Under the pieces are notes generated by a model. It made no database searches. It was given only the letters and a program-made list of their open reading frames with translations, and was not told the origin of the DNA. The position numbers and the translations under genes are program-made. Positions 10,347 to 20,395 of a DNA stretch of 64,000 nucleotides are shown piece by piece; position 1 is the first letter of the stretch, and each line of letters opens with the position of its first letter. The stretch covers positions 64,001 through 128,000 of the forward strand of contig JANMPT010000110.1 in assembly GCA_031370005.1 (NCBI GenBank), given 5' to 3'. This DNA comes from Bdellovibrionales bacterium (lineage in GTDB: Bacteria; Bdellovibrionota; Bdellovibrionia; Bdellovibrionales; Bdellovibrionaceae).

Positions 10347-10711
10347 AAAAATTGATCGTGTCCATTAAGTCTTCCAGTGAAACTCTCTCTGACTTCAAAA
10401 AAGCTCTGAAGGAGGCCCGCAAAGGACGCCTGAAAGGTGATCATTTCGAACTTTCTTTTGATAACAAGAAGGACTTTGATCGTTTCCTAAGAAACCTTGG
10501 GATTTTATCAGCCATCCTGATTCACAAGCCAAAATCGGTCTATGAGCTTGCGAAGCTCGTGGATATGGATGTCTCTAACTTAAATAAGATCATTCTCTTC
10601 TTTGAGACTGTTGGCGCTATCAAGATTAAAACGTCCACAGTGAGCGGTCGAACAGTGAAAACTCCAGTTGTGGAGTATGAGCAGATCGAGTTTGATCTGA
10701 AGGCTGCGTAA
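10343..10711 (+). CDS. HVO_A0114-like winged-HTH regulator, putative antitoxin
   Basis: KPKSVYELAKLVDMDVSNL...GRTVKTPVVEY; ATGA coupling. Confidence 0.7.
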   Translation: MKKLIVSIKSSSETLSDFKKALKEARKGRLKGDHFELSFDNKKDFDRFLRNLGILSAILIHKPKSVYELAKLVDMDVSNLNKIILFFETVGAIKIKTSTVSGRTVKTPVVEYEQIEFDLKAA

Positions 10712-10714
10712 TTT

Positions 10715-11077
10715 CTAAGAGAGCTCGCTCATATTCAATTGTTCAATGCCATCAGAAATGACATTCGCAGGGATCTTTTCTTGTTCAAGGCGCTTTTCAC
10801 CATTCTTGATAAGATGATAAAGCTTAAGTTCAGCCGGTGACAATGCTGTTGGATCGTTGATTCGCTCCGAGGGCTTTCCATTTGTTCCGGTCCAATGAGT
10901 GTTCAAAATCTTTTCAGACATTAAAAACATTTCTGTGTGTGGAAATTGCTCCCGCATAAGCGACAAAATTTCAAGCCCATGTGCATCGATATCACCCCAA
11001 TAAACCACGCGACCACGATCTAAAAATCGGTGGCGATCCAGTGAGCCAACCAAAAAGCCGGAGCCAAAAATAATCAC
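10715..11077 (-). pseudogene. jetD: C-terminal fragment of Wadjet JetD (DUF2220, Toprim)
   Basis: YWGDIDAHGLEIL and RLEQE motifs; N-terminal two-thirds and jetABC are absent. Confidence 0.75.
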
Positions 11078-11140
11078 AGTTTTAGGGAGGCTGAAAAGGG
11101 GCTAAGTAGTGGATTTTAGGTCATTTTATAGCTGGGTATT

Positions 11141-12399
11141 CAGACCTGACCGGAAGATTCCCAATAATTTCATGACGTAAAACCGGCAGCAGGACTGGGG
11201 TTCCAACGACATCCGGGCGGTGCCCCGCTGTCTGCAAGGATTCTGTGATTTAGATCGGTTCGGATTGACCGCAGCAGCTGCCAGAGGGTCCCCTCAAAAC
11301 GATCCAGGATTTTCTTAAGCTGTAAAAGCAACTGAACCAGAACTGCGACGGCCAGTTGGGTCTTGATCGAGTTTGGTGTTTTTGTTGGCAGCCGACGGAT
11401 GTTCAGGTGTCCCTTCAACCAGCGGAACAATAATTCCACCGCCCACCTTCGTTTGTAAATTCCTGCAATCATTTTTGCACTGGACTTGAAGTCGGATGTT
11501 ATAAAATGAAAAATCTTTTTTGTAAGTGGATCTCTATAAATCACGTGCCGGAGCTCCTCTGGTTTTTCTTTGAACGGAGTGTAGGGGCCGTCATACAAAA
11601 ATCCATCTTTATCTTTCTGAACCTGCAGTACTTTCATCAACATCATGCGAAGTCTGGGGTGATCTTTCAGGCGAGTGACAAAGTGGGATCTTGCACTCAT
11701 AATTTTTTGCCAAAAATTAAAGTCATTATAAGCCCGGTCAAAGACGTAGGTCTTTCCCGGTAATAGCCGCAGATCAAGGCTTACCGGGGAATCGTTTCTT
11801 CTTCCCGGCGTGACTATAAAATCATCAATCCACTCACCATCAACGTTCCAAACAACGTGAAGTTTTGCCGAGGCCTGATGCTCATCTTTACAATGTTTTT
11901 GCCTCCACCCCGGCTCATTAAAGAGACTCCCATGGACTTTGATTTCCGTAGAATCGATAGCCATAATTTGCCGGATTGCTTTTTTAATTTTTCGACACTC
12001 AGTCTTGGCTCTGATTTCTAACAAAATCATGTCGCACAGTTCCTGGAAAAACCCAAATGCTCTTTCTCGAAGTGCATCACCAAAAGTTGAGTCTGGGATT
12101 TTAAGGGTAGCTTCGACTTCGCGAAAAGATTCGATTCTCATCACAAAACAGCAAATCAAAGCCTGGGTCATTTCCCAGGTTGAAAAGCTTTGGACCCACT
12201 TATCCATGTCCCACTTTTTTACCAGCGCGTTGAATTTTTTTTGATCAATCAATTGAAATAGAGAACGCCCTTTGAGAGAATTCTTCACGGTTGCCGCCTT
12301 CCTTAGCGTTTTAATTTTTTCTTCGCAGATAAATCAAAACAGCTAGGTGAAGGTCTGGCAACTTCTTGTTTTTACTTCAAAATCTTCCGGTCAGGTCTG
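11141..12399 (-). mobile_element. Intact IS4-family insertion sequence, 1259 bp
   Basis: Perfect 19-bp TIRs CAGACCTGACCGGAAGATT (11141-11159 and 12381-12399); 9-bp TSD CTGGGTATT (11132-11140 and 12400-12408). Confidence 0.95.
11170..12288 (-). CDS. IS4-family DDE transposase
   Basis: AIDST, VFDRAY, YKRRWAVELLFRWLK (YREK-like motif). Confidence 0.95.
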   Translation of the reverse strand: MKNSLKGRSLFQLIDQKKFNALVKKWDMDKWVQSFSTWEMTQALICCFVMRIESFREVEATLKIPDSTFGDALRERAFGFFQELCDMILLEIRAKTECRKIKKAIRQIMAIDSTEIKVHGSLFNEPGWRQKHCKDEHQASAKLHVVWNVDGEWIDDFIVTPGRRNDSPVSLDLRLLPGKTYVFDRAYNDFNFWQKIMSARSHFVTRLKDHPRLRMMLMKVLQVQKDKDGFLYDGPYTPFKEKPEELRHVIYRDPLTKKIFHFITSDFKSSAKMIAGIYKRRWAVELLFRWLKGHLNIRRLPTKTPNSIKTQLAVAVLVQLLLQLKKILDRFEGTLWQLLRSIRTDLNHRILADSGAPPGCRWNPSPAAGFTS

Positions 12400-12406
12400 C
12401 TGGGTA

Positions 12407-12435
12407 TTGACAATACGACATATATGTCGTATAAC
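12407..12435 (+). promoter_or_regulatory. Sigma-70 promoter with overlapping 20-bp palindromic operator
   Basis: TTGACA-17-TATAAC; ATACGACATATATGTCGTAT at 12413-12432; ATG at 12443 suggests a leaderless transcript. Confidence 0.75.
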
Positions 12436-12442
12436 GAAAGAG

Positions 12443-12745
12443 ATGAAATTTAAAGATTTTCAGGGACGTGAGATTATTTTATCAGAAGAGTCTTGGGGTC
12501 ATATTCAAGACTCTCACCCGGAGGTCTCTGTCGAGGAAATCGCGAAAGTTTTGGCGGAGCCAGATGAAGTGCGCAAAAGTAATCATTCCGCAAACGTGGA
12601 GCTGTATTATGTATTTAAGACTCCGGTTCCAAAGCTACGTTACCGCTGTGTAGTTGTTAAAGTTCTTCAATAGGCGTGTTTTGTTTCTTCAGCGATGACC
12701 ACAAGTAGTATGAAAAACGGTGTGATTTTATACAGAAAATCTTAG
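12443..12745 (+). pseudogene. Putative toxin (PBECR/DUF4258-like RNase) with internal amber stop
   Basis: IILSEESWGHIQDSHPE...VLAEPDEVRKS; in-frame TAG at 12671, after which the frame continues ACFVSSAMTT...YRKS to a TAG next to the antitoxin start. Confidence 0.6.
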
Positions 12746-12747
12746 AG

Positions 12748-13143
12748 GTGTTTATGAATATCACGTATGACAAAGATATAGATTATATGGAGATCTTTTT
12801 TAGTAAGGAAGAAAACTATGGGGATGAGTTAAATGATACTTGTATGGTTTTTAAGTCTGAAAAGACTGATGTGATTATAGGCTATGCTTTTGAGAACGCA
12901 AGCCAAAGCGTTTTTGAGGCCGAGTTTTTACATTTAACTACGAAGCTTGCGGCTATGCTAAAGATGGTCCGGGCTCTTGAAAATCTGACTCAAGAAGAAG
13001 CTGCAAAGAGGATTGGGGATATTACTCTCCGTCATTATCAGCGTTTAGAGGCAGGCGAGGATACGACCTTAGAAACGCTTGAACGAATTACCTTAGCGTT
13101 TCCAGGGCAGGACTTTTCAAAGATGTTTAAGAGGACTGCATAG
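12748..13143 (+). CDS. DUF2283 plus XRE-HTH putative antitoxin
   Basis: ITYDKDIDYMEIFF N-terminus; LTQEEAAKRIGDITLRHYQRLEAG HTH. Confidence 0.75.
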   Translation: MFMNITYDKDIDYMEIFFSKEENYGDELNDTCMVFKSEKTDVIIGYAFENASQSVFEAEFLHLTTKLAAMLKMVRALENLTQEEAAKRIGDITLRHYQRLEAGEDTTLETLERITLAFPGQDFSKMFKRTA

Positions 13144-13358
13144 TAAAGAACCTGCAGCTATTCACAAAATCGCTCAGAAATTCGGTAAGCGCGGACTTGA
13201 ACTTGCGAGCCTCATCCAAGTTCTCGCAGGCAATAAGTTTCGTAAGGCAAATTAAGTAACCAACCACCTTATCCCGCCCCTAAAATGAAAAAGCCCTGAT
13301 TTTAATTCAGGGCTTAGATGATTATTCTATATCTCGAAAACCAGTGTTAAAAAAATGG

Positions 13359-13622
13359 CTAGTTAGCGTGTGTAGAAAAAGATCTGGAGCTTTTAGGAAA
13401 GGCATGAAGCAATCCAATGATTGCAAAAATATTAATAAGCGCAATGATAAGTAAGCTCTGAGTGTCAACGGCGAGTTTTATGGTCAATAAGATTACATTT
13501 ATATACAAATACGCACGTGAAAGCAGAAGACCAAATTTCACAAAAATGTTTTGTCCAAATGGCAAAAACCATGCGCAAAGTAACACCACTCCGCAAACGC
13601 CAATTAAAAGCAGCGAGCCCAA
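13359..13622 (-). CDS. Small membrane protein
   Basis: Three hydrophobic segments; start uncertain. Confidence 0.45.
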   Translation of the reverse strand: MGSLLLIGVCGVVLLCAWFLPFGQNIFVKFGLLLSRAYLYINVILLTIKLAVDTQSLLIIALINIFAIIGLLHAFPKSSRSFSTHAN

Positions 13623-13695
13623 GGATACCCAGTACGCGTCCTCTTACTCTCAGAATCAGTAAGAATTACTCCATTAAAGGTTTCTCTTAGTTTTT

Positions 13696-14061
13696 TCAAT
13701 TGAGTTTCTCGGCGAGGAAAACTTCCTTGGGCGCGAACCCAGTCGTACCACTTATGATACCGTTCGTGGTTGCGATGGCGCATTGCGCACAGGTTTGAGG
13801 GGCTTTTGTAGGGGGATCAATCTTGGTTTTTTTCCGAAGACGATAGCGGCGCTGGGCCTGTTTGTGATTCTCAGAACCACACTGCGTATTACGGTATGTC
13901 TTTTGGTTTCGGCGATGTCGTTCCTTCCGAGCTTCGTCGGAGCATCCGTCTGAACAATACTTTTGATTCCGCCAACAAGAACGGCAAATCAATAAAATCT
14001 TCGAACAGCGAGGACATTGAACTTCAATGGCAGGCATAGCCTCGGCATTTAATAATTCCAT
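13696..14061 (-). CDS. Cys-rich zinc-binding protein of the type found as IS21-family passenger
   Basis: CPRC...CRSCWRNQKYCSDGC followed by a basic helix. Confidence 0.55.
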   Translation of the reverse strand: MELLNAEAMPAIEVQCPRCSKILLICRSCWRNQKYCSDGCSDEARKERHRRNQKTYRNTQCGSENHKQAQRRYRLRKKTKIDPPTKAPQTCAQCAIATTNGIISGTTGFAPKEVFLAEKLN

Positions 14062-14085
14062 ACAATAATGCTAAAAAAATTTCCC

Positions 14086-14170
14086 TGGTCCCTCAAACAC
14101 CGGCATTAATAACTGGACAATGGGACCGGGAAAACGCCCGAAGTGGTCCCTCTCGAAACCGGTGCGTGCA
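14086..14170 (-). mobile_element. Orphan IS21-like element end
   Basis: Terminus TGCACGCACCGG on the minus strand; repeated TGGTCCCTC-N4/5-ACCGG motifs at 14086 and 14144; no istA/istB present. Confidence 0.4.
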
Positions 14171-14379
14171 GGTCAATTGAAAAATCAGGTTTGACGGTCA
14201 ATGAGATTGTTAAGAAATCTCAAATAGCTAGATCCAAAGTTTCGGCAATTAAAAACGGAGCCTTGTCAGGAATTTCAAGTGATCTCTTTTTTAAAGTTAT
14301 TTCGGCTTGCGGATGGAAAGTAGTTATTAATTTAAAAAAAGATTCGGTAAAAGCGAAAAAAATTAACCAGCCGAAATAA
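14171..14379 (+). pseudogene. 5'-truncated XRE HTH gene
   Basis: IEKSGLTVNEIVKKSQIARSKVSAIKNG HTH begins exactly at the putative IS end. Confidence 0.5.
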
Positions 14380-14388
14380 TAAAACTTA

Positions 14389-15516
14389 CTATTTACTTGG
14401 TTTCTTTTTAACAACTAGGGCATCAAACGCTTTTTTATTTTTAAAGAATTTGTATTTCCCGGCCCGCTCTTCTATAAGAATTCCCATCAAGGCAAGGGCT
14501 CTTAAGTATTTCGCACATGTTTGCCAATGAATACCAAGGTCGCGCTCCATAAATTTTGCATGAGTTATGGGATGAAGAAAAATATGATCTAGAACTGAAG
14601 AGATGTTGTTTTTACGAATCGGATTTTCTGTCAGGTTAAATAACTGCGTTTTAATTTCCTTCTTAGCATTTTTAAGTTGATAGATTCCGATTTGTGTTTT
14701 GTAGGCCTGTACCGCGAATCCTTGAAGCATGAATTCAATAAATGGCCACCATTCTCCTTTTGTAGTGACGTTGAGAAGAAGTGATTTATAAAGATCTTCA
14801 TGGTCGCTTAAGTAGCTGCTTATAAATAGTGCCGGATAATCTAGTAGATTTTCATGCAGAAGTTGAGCAATCATTAGGATGCGACCGCAGCGTCCATTGC
14901 CGTCTTCGAATGGATGGATAGCTTCAAATTGATAATGGCAAATAGCTACTTTAATGAGAGGAAAAAAAGTTTTATCGTTGAGGATAAATTTTTCCCAATT
15001 GCTAACTAGATCTTCAGTTTTTGTCCACTCTGGAGGGGTATAAATGACTTCGAAAGTGCCATCTTTTCTTTTATTTCCAATTTGATTCTGTACTTTCCTA
15101 AATTCGCCGGGGTTTCCTTTGTCGACATTTAATTTCAAATGAATTGCTTTTATGGTTCGAGAAGACAAGCCATATTTTTTCAAAGATACAGTGCCTTCAA
15201 GTAAAGCTTCTCTGTATTTCATCACTTCTTTATTTTCTTTAGTTCGTTCGTCGACAGGTTTTGTTTCGTCCACCAGTGCAGATATGATAGTAGTATGTAT
15301 GTTTTCGACGGCATTGCTGCTAATTGATTCATTCAAATAGAATGTTGAGAGAAATAATTGCGGACGTTCAATGTCGTCTAAGGCACCCGCTAATTTAGAA
15401 ATCGCCTGTAGTGCATCATTGTGAAGATTCATGAGTTTCAAAAGATCGGGGTGATCTGAAATAGAGAAGGGGGGTGGAAGGTATTTTAGATCGTATGGTG
15501 AGTTTGCGCGAAACAT
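14389..15516 (-). CDS. Fic family protein with N-terminal Fic_N region and C-terminal HTH
   Basis: HYQFEAIHPFEDGNGRCGR; ESISSNAVENI inhibitory-type motif. Confidence 0.9.
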   Translation of the reverse strand: MFRANSPYDLKYLPPPFSISDHPDLLKLMNLHNDALQAISKLAGALDDIERPQLFLSTFYLNESISSNAVENIHTTIISALVDETKPVDERTKENKEVMKYREALLEGTVSLKKYGLSSRTIKAIHLKLNVDKGNPGEFRKVQNQIGNKRKDGTFEVIYTPPEWTKTEDLVSNWEKFILNDKTFFPLIKVAICHYQFEAIHPFEDGNGRCGRILMIAQLLHENLLDYPALFISSYLSDHEDLYKSLLLNVTTKGEWWPFIEFMLQGFAVQAYKTQIGIYQLKNAKKEIKTQLFNLTENPIRKNNISSVLDHIFLHPITHAKFMERDLGIHWQTCAKYLRALALMGILIEERAGKYKFFKNKKAFDALVVKKKPSK

Positions 15517-15726
15517 ATCGAAAATCCTCGGGCTTATTTATATGTTCGCATGATATATCGTAAAATTCAATATTTTTCGATATATTGGAAATACATATCG
15601 AAAATAATCGATTTACACGTAAGATATTGATTTTAATAGTCATATTTGGCAATGAAAAACTATAAACCAACGGAAATCTCAATATGGAACAAATAATATC
15701 ATCGACATTTTGAAAGATACAGTAAG

Positions 15727-15993
15727 TTGTCACAGAAGGCGCTGGCGGCGCTCTTGAAAACCAGCCAGCAGCAGATTCAGCGTTGGGAAAAAGGACAGGC
15801 TGTAAACCTGCAATGGGCGGTAGTACTCGCTCGTGTTCTCGGTCAAAAGCCGGAAATCATTTTTCCTGCCTTCGAGAAGGTGAAATCCACTGTAGCGAAG
15901 ACGCGTACATCTAAAATGGATCCCGAGAAAATTGAAAGTGAACTACATAAAGCCGGATTTGAGACAGATGCCCCGACGTATTGGTATCGATAG
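15727..15993 (+). CDS. XRE HTH protein, possibly a fragment
   Basis: SQKALAALLKTSQQQIQRWEKG. Confidence 0.55.
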   Translation: MSQKALAALLKTSQQQIQRWEKGQAVNLQWAVVLARVLGQKPEIIFPAFEKVKSTVAKTRTSKMDPEKIESELHKAGFETDAPTYWYR

Positions 15994-16543
15994 GTTGGTC
16001 GCAACTCAGTCGGGGTTTAAGAACGGCTGTTTGGTTGATACCAATGTTTTAATATCTACAAGTTTGCCAATTGATCCAATGAATGAAGCCGCTGAGAGGC
16101 TTGTTGATAAACTCGCACATTTAAAGATTCCGTTATATTCAAATGTTAATATCCGCGCTGAATTTCTTGAGATACAGCGACGGCTTTTAATTCCAGAAGC
16201 ACTCATCGAGTTCTACGAAAGCCACGGCGACCTTGATGATGTTTTAACGGGAAAACTTCGTTCAATTCAGTCCAGTTATCGAAAATCTATAGATAATAAA
16301 AAGATCTATAAATTCACCGATGATCGAATAAAAGAATTCAGAACCTTGATGTCGAGTTATGAATTCAATGGCAAAAACGGCTGGCTTTTTTTCTGCGCGA
16401 AGTTCTTAGCACCACAGCTTGATATTGTCTGGGACGAAGTCGTACAGATCTGCAATCTCAATTTCATAAAGATTCGCGATGGTGACATTCAACATATGTC
16501 CGATTCGCTTCGAGCACAGGGTAAATTCGTGCTGGAGATATAG
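15932..16543 (+). CDS. PIN-domain protein, probably truncated
   Basis: CLVDTNVLI PIN motif; start and end look rearranged. Confidence 0.6.
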   Translation: MKVNYIKPDLRQMPRRIGIDRLVATQSGFKNGCLVDTNVLISTSLPIDPMNEAAERLVDKLAHLKIPLYSNVNIRAEFLEIQRRLLIPEALIEFYESHGDLDDVLTGKLRSIQSSYRKSIDNKKIYKFTDDRIKEFRTLMSSYEFNGKNGWLFFCAKFLAPQLDIVWDEVVQICNLNFIKIRDGDIQHMSDSLRAQGKFVLEI

Positions 16544-16667
16544 TAATGAGGCATTTTAAAGAAGTAGCAGAGAGTTGCTTGGAGATGGTTTATGATTACA
16601 AGTGATAGACAGTTAAAAGTCACAAAAGAGAAGATTGAAAATTTTAAAGCCTCTCTTAAACAAAAGC

Positions 16668-17744
16668 CTAATGAGAAAATGAATCCTGTCTTGAAAAAAG
16701 CAGCACGAGTTCAAGCTTTAGACGAATTCGGTAAACATGTTCATTTATTGAAAACTCGCTGAATGGAAATCCGTCACCAAACATACTAACTTTGGGTTCA
16801 AACAAGCCAGGCTTTCCACCATCCTTATAAAGTAACACATCTCGATCTTTTACTTTGCCTCTATTTAGTGAGTTATGAAATTCCTCCGGGACATATTTTG
16901 TTTTAGAAAAATCAAAAAAACCTATTCTTACAATACTCTCGGCTCCAATATTGGGGATTCCATGAGTATATCCCGAAACGCCACCTTTAGGTCTATTGCC
17001 TGTTTCCAAAGCCGCAAGTAAATTTTCTAATTTTTCGTACTTCCATCCCTTCGGAATCAGCCCAAGTTCAGATTTTTCAAAGCTATCAGGAAAAAGTGCG
17101 GTGGTTTCATCATCCATCCCAAAAGGCTTTTTGCCTTCGGCTTTTGCTTTCACTGGTCCAAAATCGATGAACCATTCTTTAAAAATAGCTTTCGCCATTG
17201 ATTCAAGTGAATTGTTCATTTGGCTATTAAGCTCAATCTTGTCATTTAAAGATTTTGAGAGTTCGCCTATGAATTGTTGTTTCTCATCTGGAGGGCATGG
17301 GATCAGTAATTTATTTAGTACTTCGGTATCTAGTTTGCCAGCGCCAATTCCTGTAAATTCTACTTTTTCTAACAATTGTCTTTCGGAAGCAATAAGCCAT
17401 GCTAAAAAAAAGTCCGGTTGAATTTCTTTTGTCTTTAGCCTAAGTGCTTTTACATCTTGATTGATTGTAACATGTCTAGTTGGAACGGAGATTGGTATTC
17501 TCTGATGTAAAATGCTACCTCGAACAAGGAGCAGCGGAGTCCCTTTCTCAATAAATTTAATGCCAGACTCGGCGAGTGCCTTTTTGGTAATCTGTTCGGT
17601 AGATGAGCTGACATAAAGTTTATCCATTGAGCTTGCGCTGATCCAGGGTATGTCACCATCCCAAAAAGTCAACTCAGCTTTGGAAGGTGTTTTTCCTGAG
17701 ATCATCTGCACGGCGTCGCCAAATCGAATTGATTTAAAGCTCAT
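16668..17744 (-). pseudogene. hsdS: Type I R-M specificity subunit, C-terminally truncated
   Basis: TRD1, central conserved region (SLNDKIELNSQMNNSLESMAKAIFKEWF), then TRD2 breaks off with no distal conserved region. Confidence 0.75.
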
Positions 17745-19383
17745 TCAATTTCTCCATGATGTTTTTCTGCAAAATGGCTGACACACTAAATTGGTTCTCC
17801 AATTTGACTTTTAGTGTATTAAATCGCTCATCAAATGGTGTCTCATCGTCAATCACGTCCTCTGCGCCAACATATCTCCTAGGAGTCAGAACCCAACCAT
17901 TCTTTTCTATTTCATCAATTTTTACAGCTTTACAGAAACCGGCCTTGTCTTCATAAGTGCCAGCCTCTTTTTCTCCGCGCCAAGAATGATAGAGACGGCT
18001 AACTTCCTTAATTTCCTCATCAGTAAGCTCCTTGCTTACTCTTGAAGTCATCGCTCCTAATTTTCGGCAGTCGATGAAAAGAACTTCTCCAGCGCGATCC
18101 CGGATTCCAGTTTGTTTTTTGTTACGAGTCAGAAACCAAAGACTAGCCGGAATCTGAGTTGTATAAAAAAGCTGCCCCGGAAGCGAAACGATGCAATCAA
18201 CAAGATTAGCTTCAACTAAGGCCTTGCGAATTTCACCCTCGTTTGATTGGTTCGAGCTTAGTGACCCATTGGCCAAAACTATTCCAGCAATTCCATTTGG
18301 AGAAAGGTGGTGGATCATGTGCTGAAGCCAAGCGTAGTTAGCATTCCCTGGCGAAGGAGTTCCATATTTCCAGCGAACGTCGTCTTTTATCCGCTCAGCC
18401 CCCCAGTCGCTAACATTAAAAGGTGGGTTTGCGAGGATGTAGTCGGCTTTTAGATCTTTATGTTGATCGTTATGAAATGTATCACCATTGGTTTCCCCTA
18501 GATTTCCATCAAGACCACGAATCGCAAGATTCATCTTAGCTAGTTTCCAAGTCGTAGGATTTGATTCCTGACCATATACAGAAAGTGCGCCACGTTTACC
18601 GCCGTGGGCCTCCAGAAATTTCTCAGACTGAACAAACATTCCACCGGAACCGCAACAAGGATCGTAGATACGTCCCTTTGTTGGTTCGATCATTTCAACC
18701 AGCAACTTAACGATACAACCGGGAGTATAGAACTGTCCGCCAAGCTTACCTTCAGCAGAAGCAAATTTTCCAAGAAAGTATTCATAGACTCGTCCGAGGA
18801 CGTCTTTTTCTTTATTGGCTTTATCACCTAAGCCAATGCCTGAAATTAAATCCACAAGCTGTCCAAGCATCATTTTATCGAGATCAGGTCGGGCATAGTC
18901 TTTTTGCAGAACTCCCTTAAGGGTTTTGTTCTCTTTTTCAATAGCAACCATGGCATCATCAATGAGCTTTCCGATTTCAGGCTTCTTTGCGCTGTTTTTA
19001 ATGAAATCCCATCGGGCTTGTTTTGGAACCCAGAAAATATTCTCTGCAACATATTCGTCGCGGTCTTCGGCAGCTTGCGGGTCTTCCTTGATCAGTGAGT
19101 TGTATTTCTCTTCAAAAGAGTCAGAAATGTATTTGAGGAACACAAGCCCGAGCACTGTGTGTTTGTAGACTGCAGCGTCCATATGGCCACGAAGTTTATC
19201 GGCGGCAGCCCACAACGTCTCTTCAAATCCAAGGCTGACGGTTTGCTTGGTCTTCTGGGTCTTAGGTGCTTTTGGCTCGGACTGAGCCTGAAGCTCAAGT
19301 TGATTTTTAATCTTTGAAGATTGCTTCCGCTTTTTTTTCAGAATCGTTTTAGCCGCTTTTCCAGGTGTTTTTTTCTTTGCCAT
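17734..19383 (-). CDS. hsdM: Type I R-M N6-adenine methyltransferase subunit
   Basis: [21 protein letters not shown]; start uncertain (track start 19434). Confidence 0.93.
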   Translation of the reverse strand: MAKKKTPGKAAKTILKKKRKQSSKIKNQLELQAQSEPKAPKTQKTKQTVSLGFEETLWAAADKLRGHMDAAVYKHTVLGLVFLKYISDSFEEKYNSLIKEDPQAAEDRDEYVAENIFWVPKQARWDFIKNSAKKPEIGKLIDDAMVAIEKENKTLKGVLQKDYARPDLDKMMLGQLVDLISGIGLGDKANKEKDVLGRVYEYFLGKFASAEGKLGGQFYTPGCIVKLLVEMIEPTKGRIYDPCCGSGGMFVQSEKFLEAHGGKRGALSVYGQESNPTTWKLAKMNLAIRGLDGNLGETNGDTFHNDQHKDLKADYILANPPFNVSDWGAERIKDDVRWKYGTPSPGNANYAWLQHMIHHLSPNGIAGIVLANGSLSSNQSNEGEIRKALVEANLVDCIVSLPGQLFYTTQIPASLWFLTRNKKQTGIRDRAGEVLFIDCRKLGAMTSRVSKELTDEEIKEVSRLYHSWRGEKEAGTYEDKAGFCKAVKIDEIEKNGWVLTPRRYVGAEDVIDDETPFDERFNTLKVKLENQFSVSAILQKNIMEKLNEL

Positions 19384-19577
19384 AAGTGTAGGTATTACTG
19401 TTCGATGACCCTGAAATTCTATGGCTTTTAGCACTTTAAAACAAATTCAAACCGCACTCAATTTACATCTAAATTCATGGCGGAGCAGGTGGCACGCTGA
19501 GTTGTGCCTCTAATATGGGCAGATTGAGGCGAGCCTCCACTTTTTGATATTACCTAACGTATTTACCCGAAGGAATA

Positions 19578-19655
19578 GCTCTTAGGAGTTTACTGGTTTA
19601 GACGTATTGCCTTCTAAGCAACTGGTCGAAGGTTCAAATTCCCTTGGGAGTACTA
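19578..19655 (+). pseudogene. Degenerate tRNA-Arg(TCT)-like sequence
   Basis: Anticodon arm TTGC-CTTCTAA-GCAA, GGTTCAAAT T-loop, acceptor GCTCTTA/TGGGAGT with several G-T pairs; ends ACTA instead of ACCA; T-stem damaged. Confidence 0.6.
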
Positions 19656-19670
19656 ATTTCTGCGCAGATA

Positions 19671-19931
19671 CTACAATCCATCTAAAAGCTTCGACAAGGG
19701 CATTTTATAGAGCTTCGCTACTTTGCGGAGAGTGATAACCGTGATGTTTTTGCCGGATTCAATCTTTTGGAGGTGGGTCCAGTCGCCCCAGCCGTGTTCT
19801 TCGACCTCTTCCAATGTCCATCCCTTATCAGTACGTAAAGAGCGGATCCTAGTTCCTAGTTTAACCAAGAAGTTTTTATCATCAGGAGTAATACTGCTTG
19901 TTGCCATATAAAAATGATTGCAAATATGCAC
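19671..19931 (-). CDS. XRE-family HTH regulator
   Basis: LGTRIRSLRTDKGWTLEEV...LQKIESGKNITVITL. Confidence 0.85.
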   Translation of the reverse strand: MHICNHFYMATSSITPDDKNFLVKLGTRIRSLRTDKGWTLEEVEEHGWGDWTHLQKIESGKNITVITLRKVAKLYKMPLSKLLDGL

Positions 19932-19982
19932 GATAATAAGTAAGAATGATCGTGCATAATATGAAATGGGAAATATTAAATT

Positions 19983-20225
19983 ATGAAGTCAGGCAAGAGT
20001 AAGATCCAGCTACAGACAAAGTCTCCCACCGGTCGTAAAGAATCGCACGACTTGGTCCAGAGTCGCCTTTTAGATCTTCATTTTGAGCTGAGCGCTTATG
20101 GGTTCCTTTTTTCGAACTTAAAGAACTGTGAGCTTTGCGAGGATGATCTGTATGGAATGGGAGTTGTCTTCAATAAAATGGCAAAACGGGTGTCGAAGAT
20201 TTCAGAGGAAATCTCCTTAAGCTAA
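19983..20225 (+). CDS. Hypothetical protein, divergent from the HTH gene
   Basis: 80-aa ORF, no recognised motif. Confidence 0.5.
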   Translation: MKSGKSKIQLQTKSPTGRKESHDLVQSRLLDLHFELSAYGFLFSNLKNCELCEDDLYGMGVVFNKMAKRVSKISEEISLS

Positions 20226-20395
20226 TCCTGAGAGGCCAGCTGGAATAGCGTCCTGCTATTCACACAAAACAGCGATGGCAAAATCATAAGCTCCGTCACT
20301 TACGGCGTGCTGAGTAAATCATAAAGTTTTTTGTAGTTACTGTCCTTTTAAAGGTTTATTCGGGTGCCGATCCGTCAATTGCAGGTGACTATATT

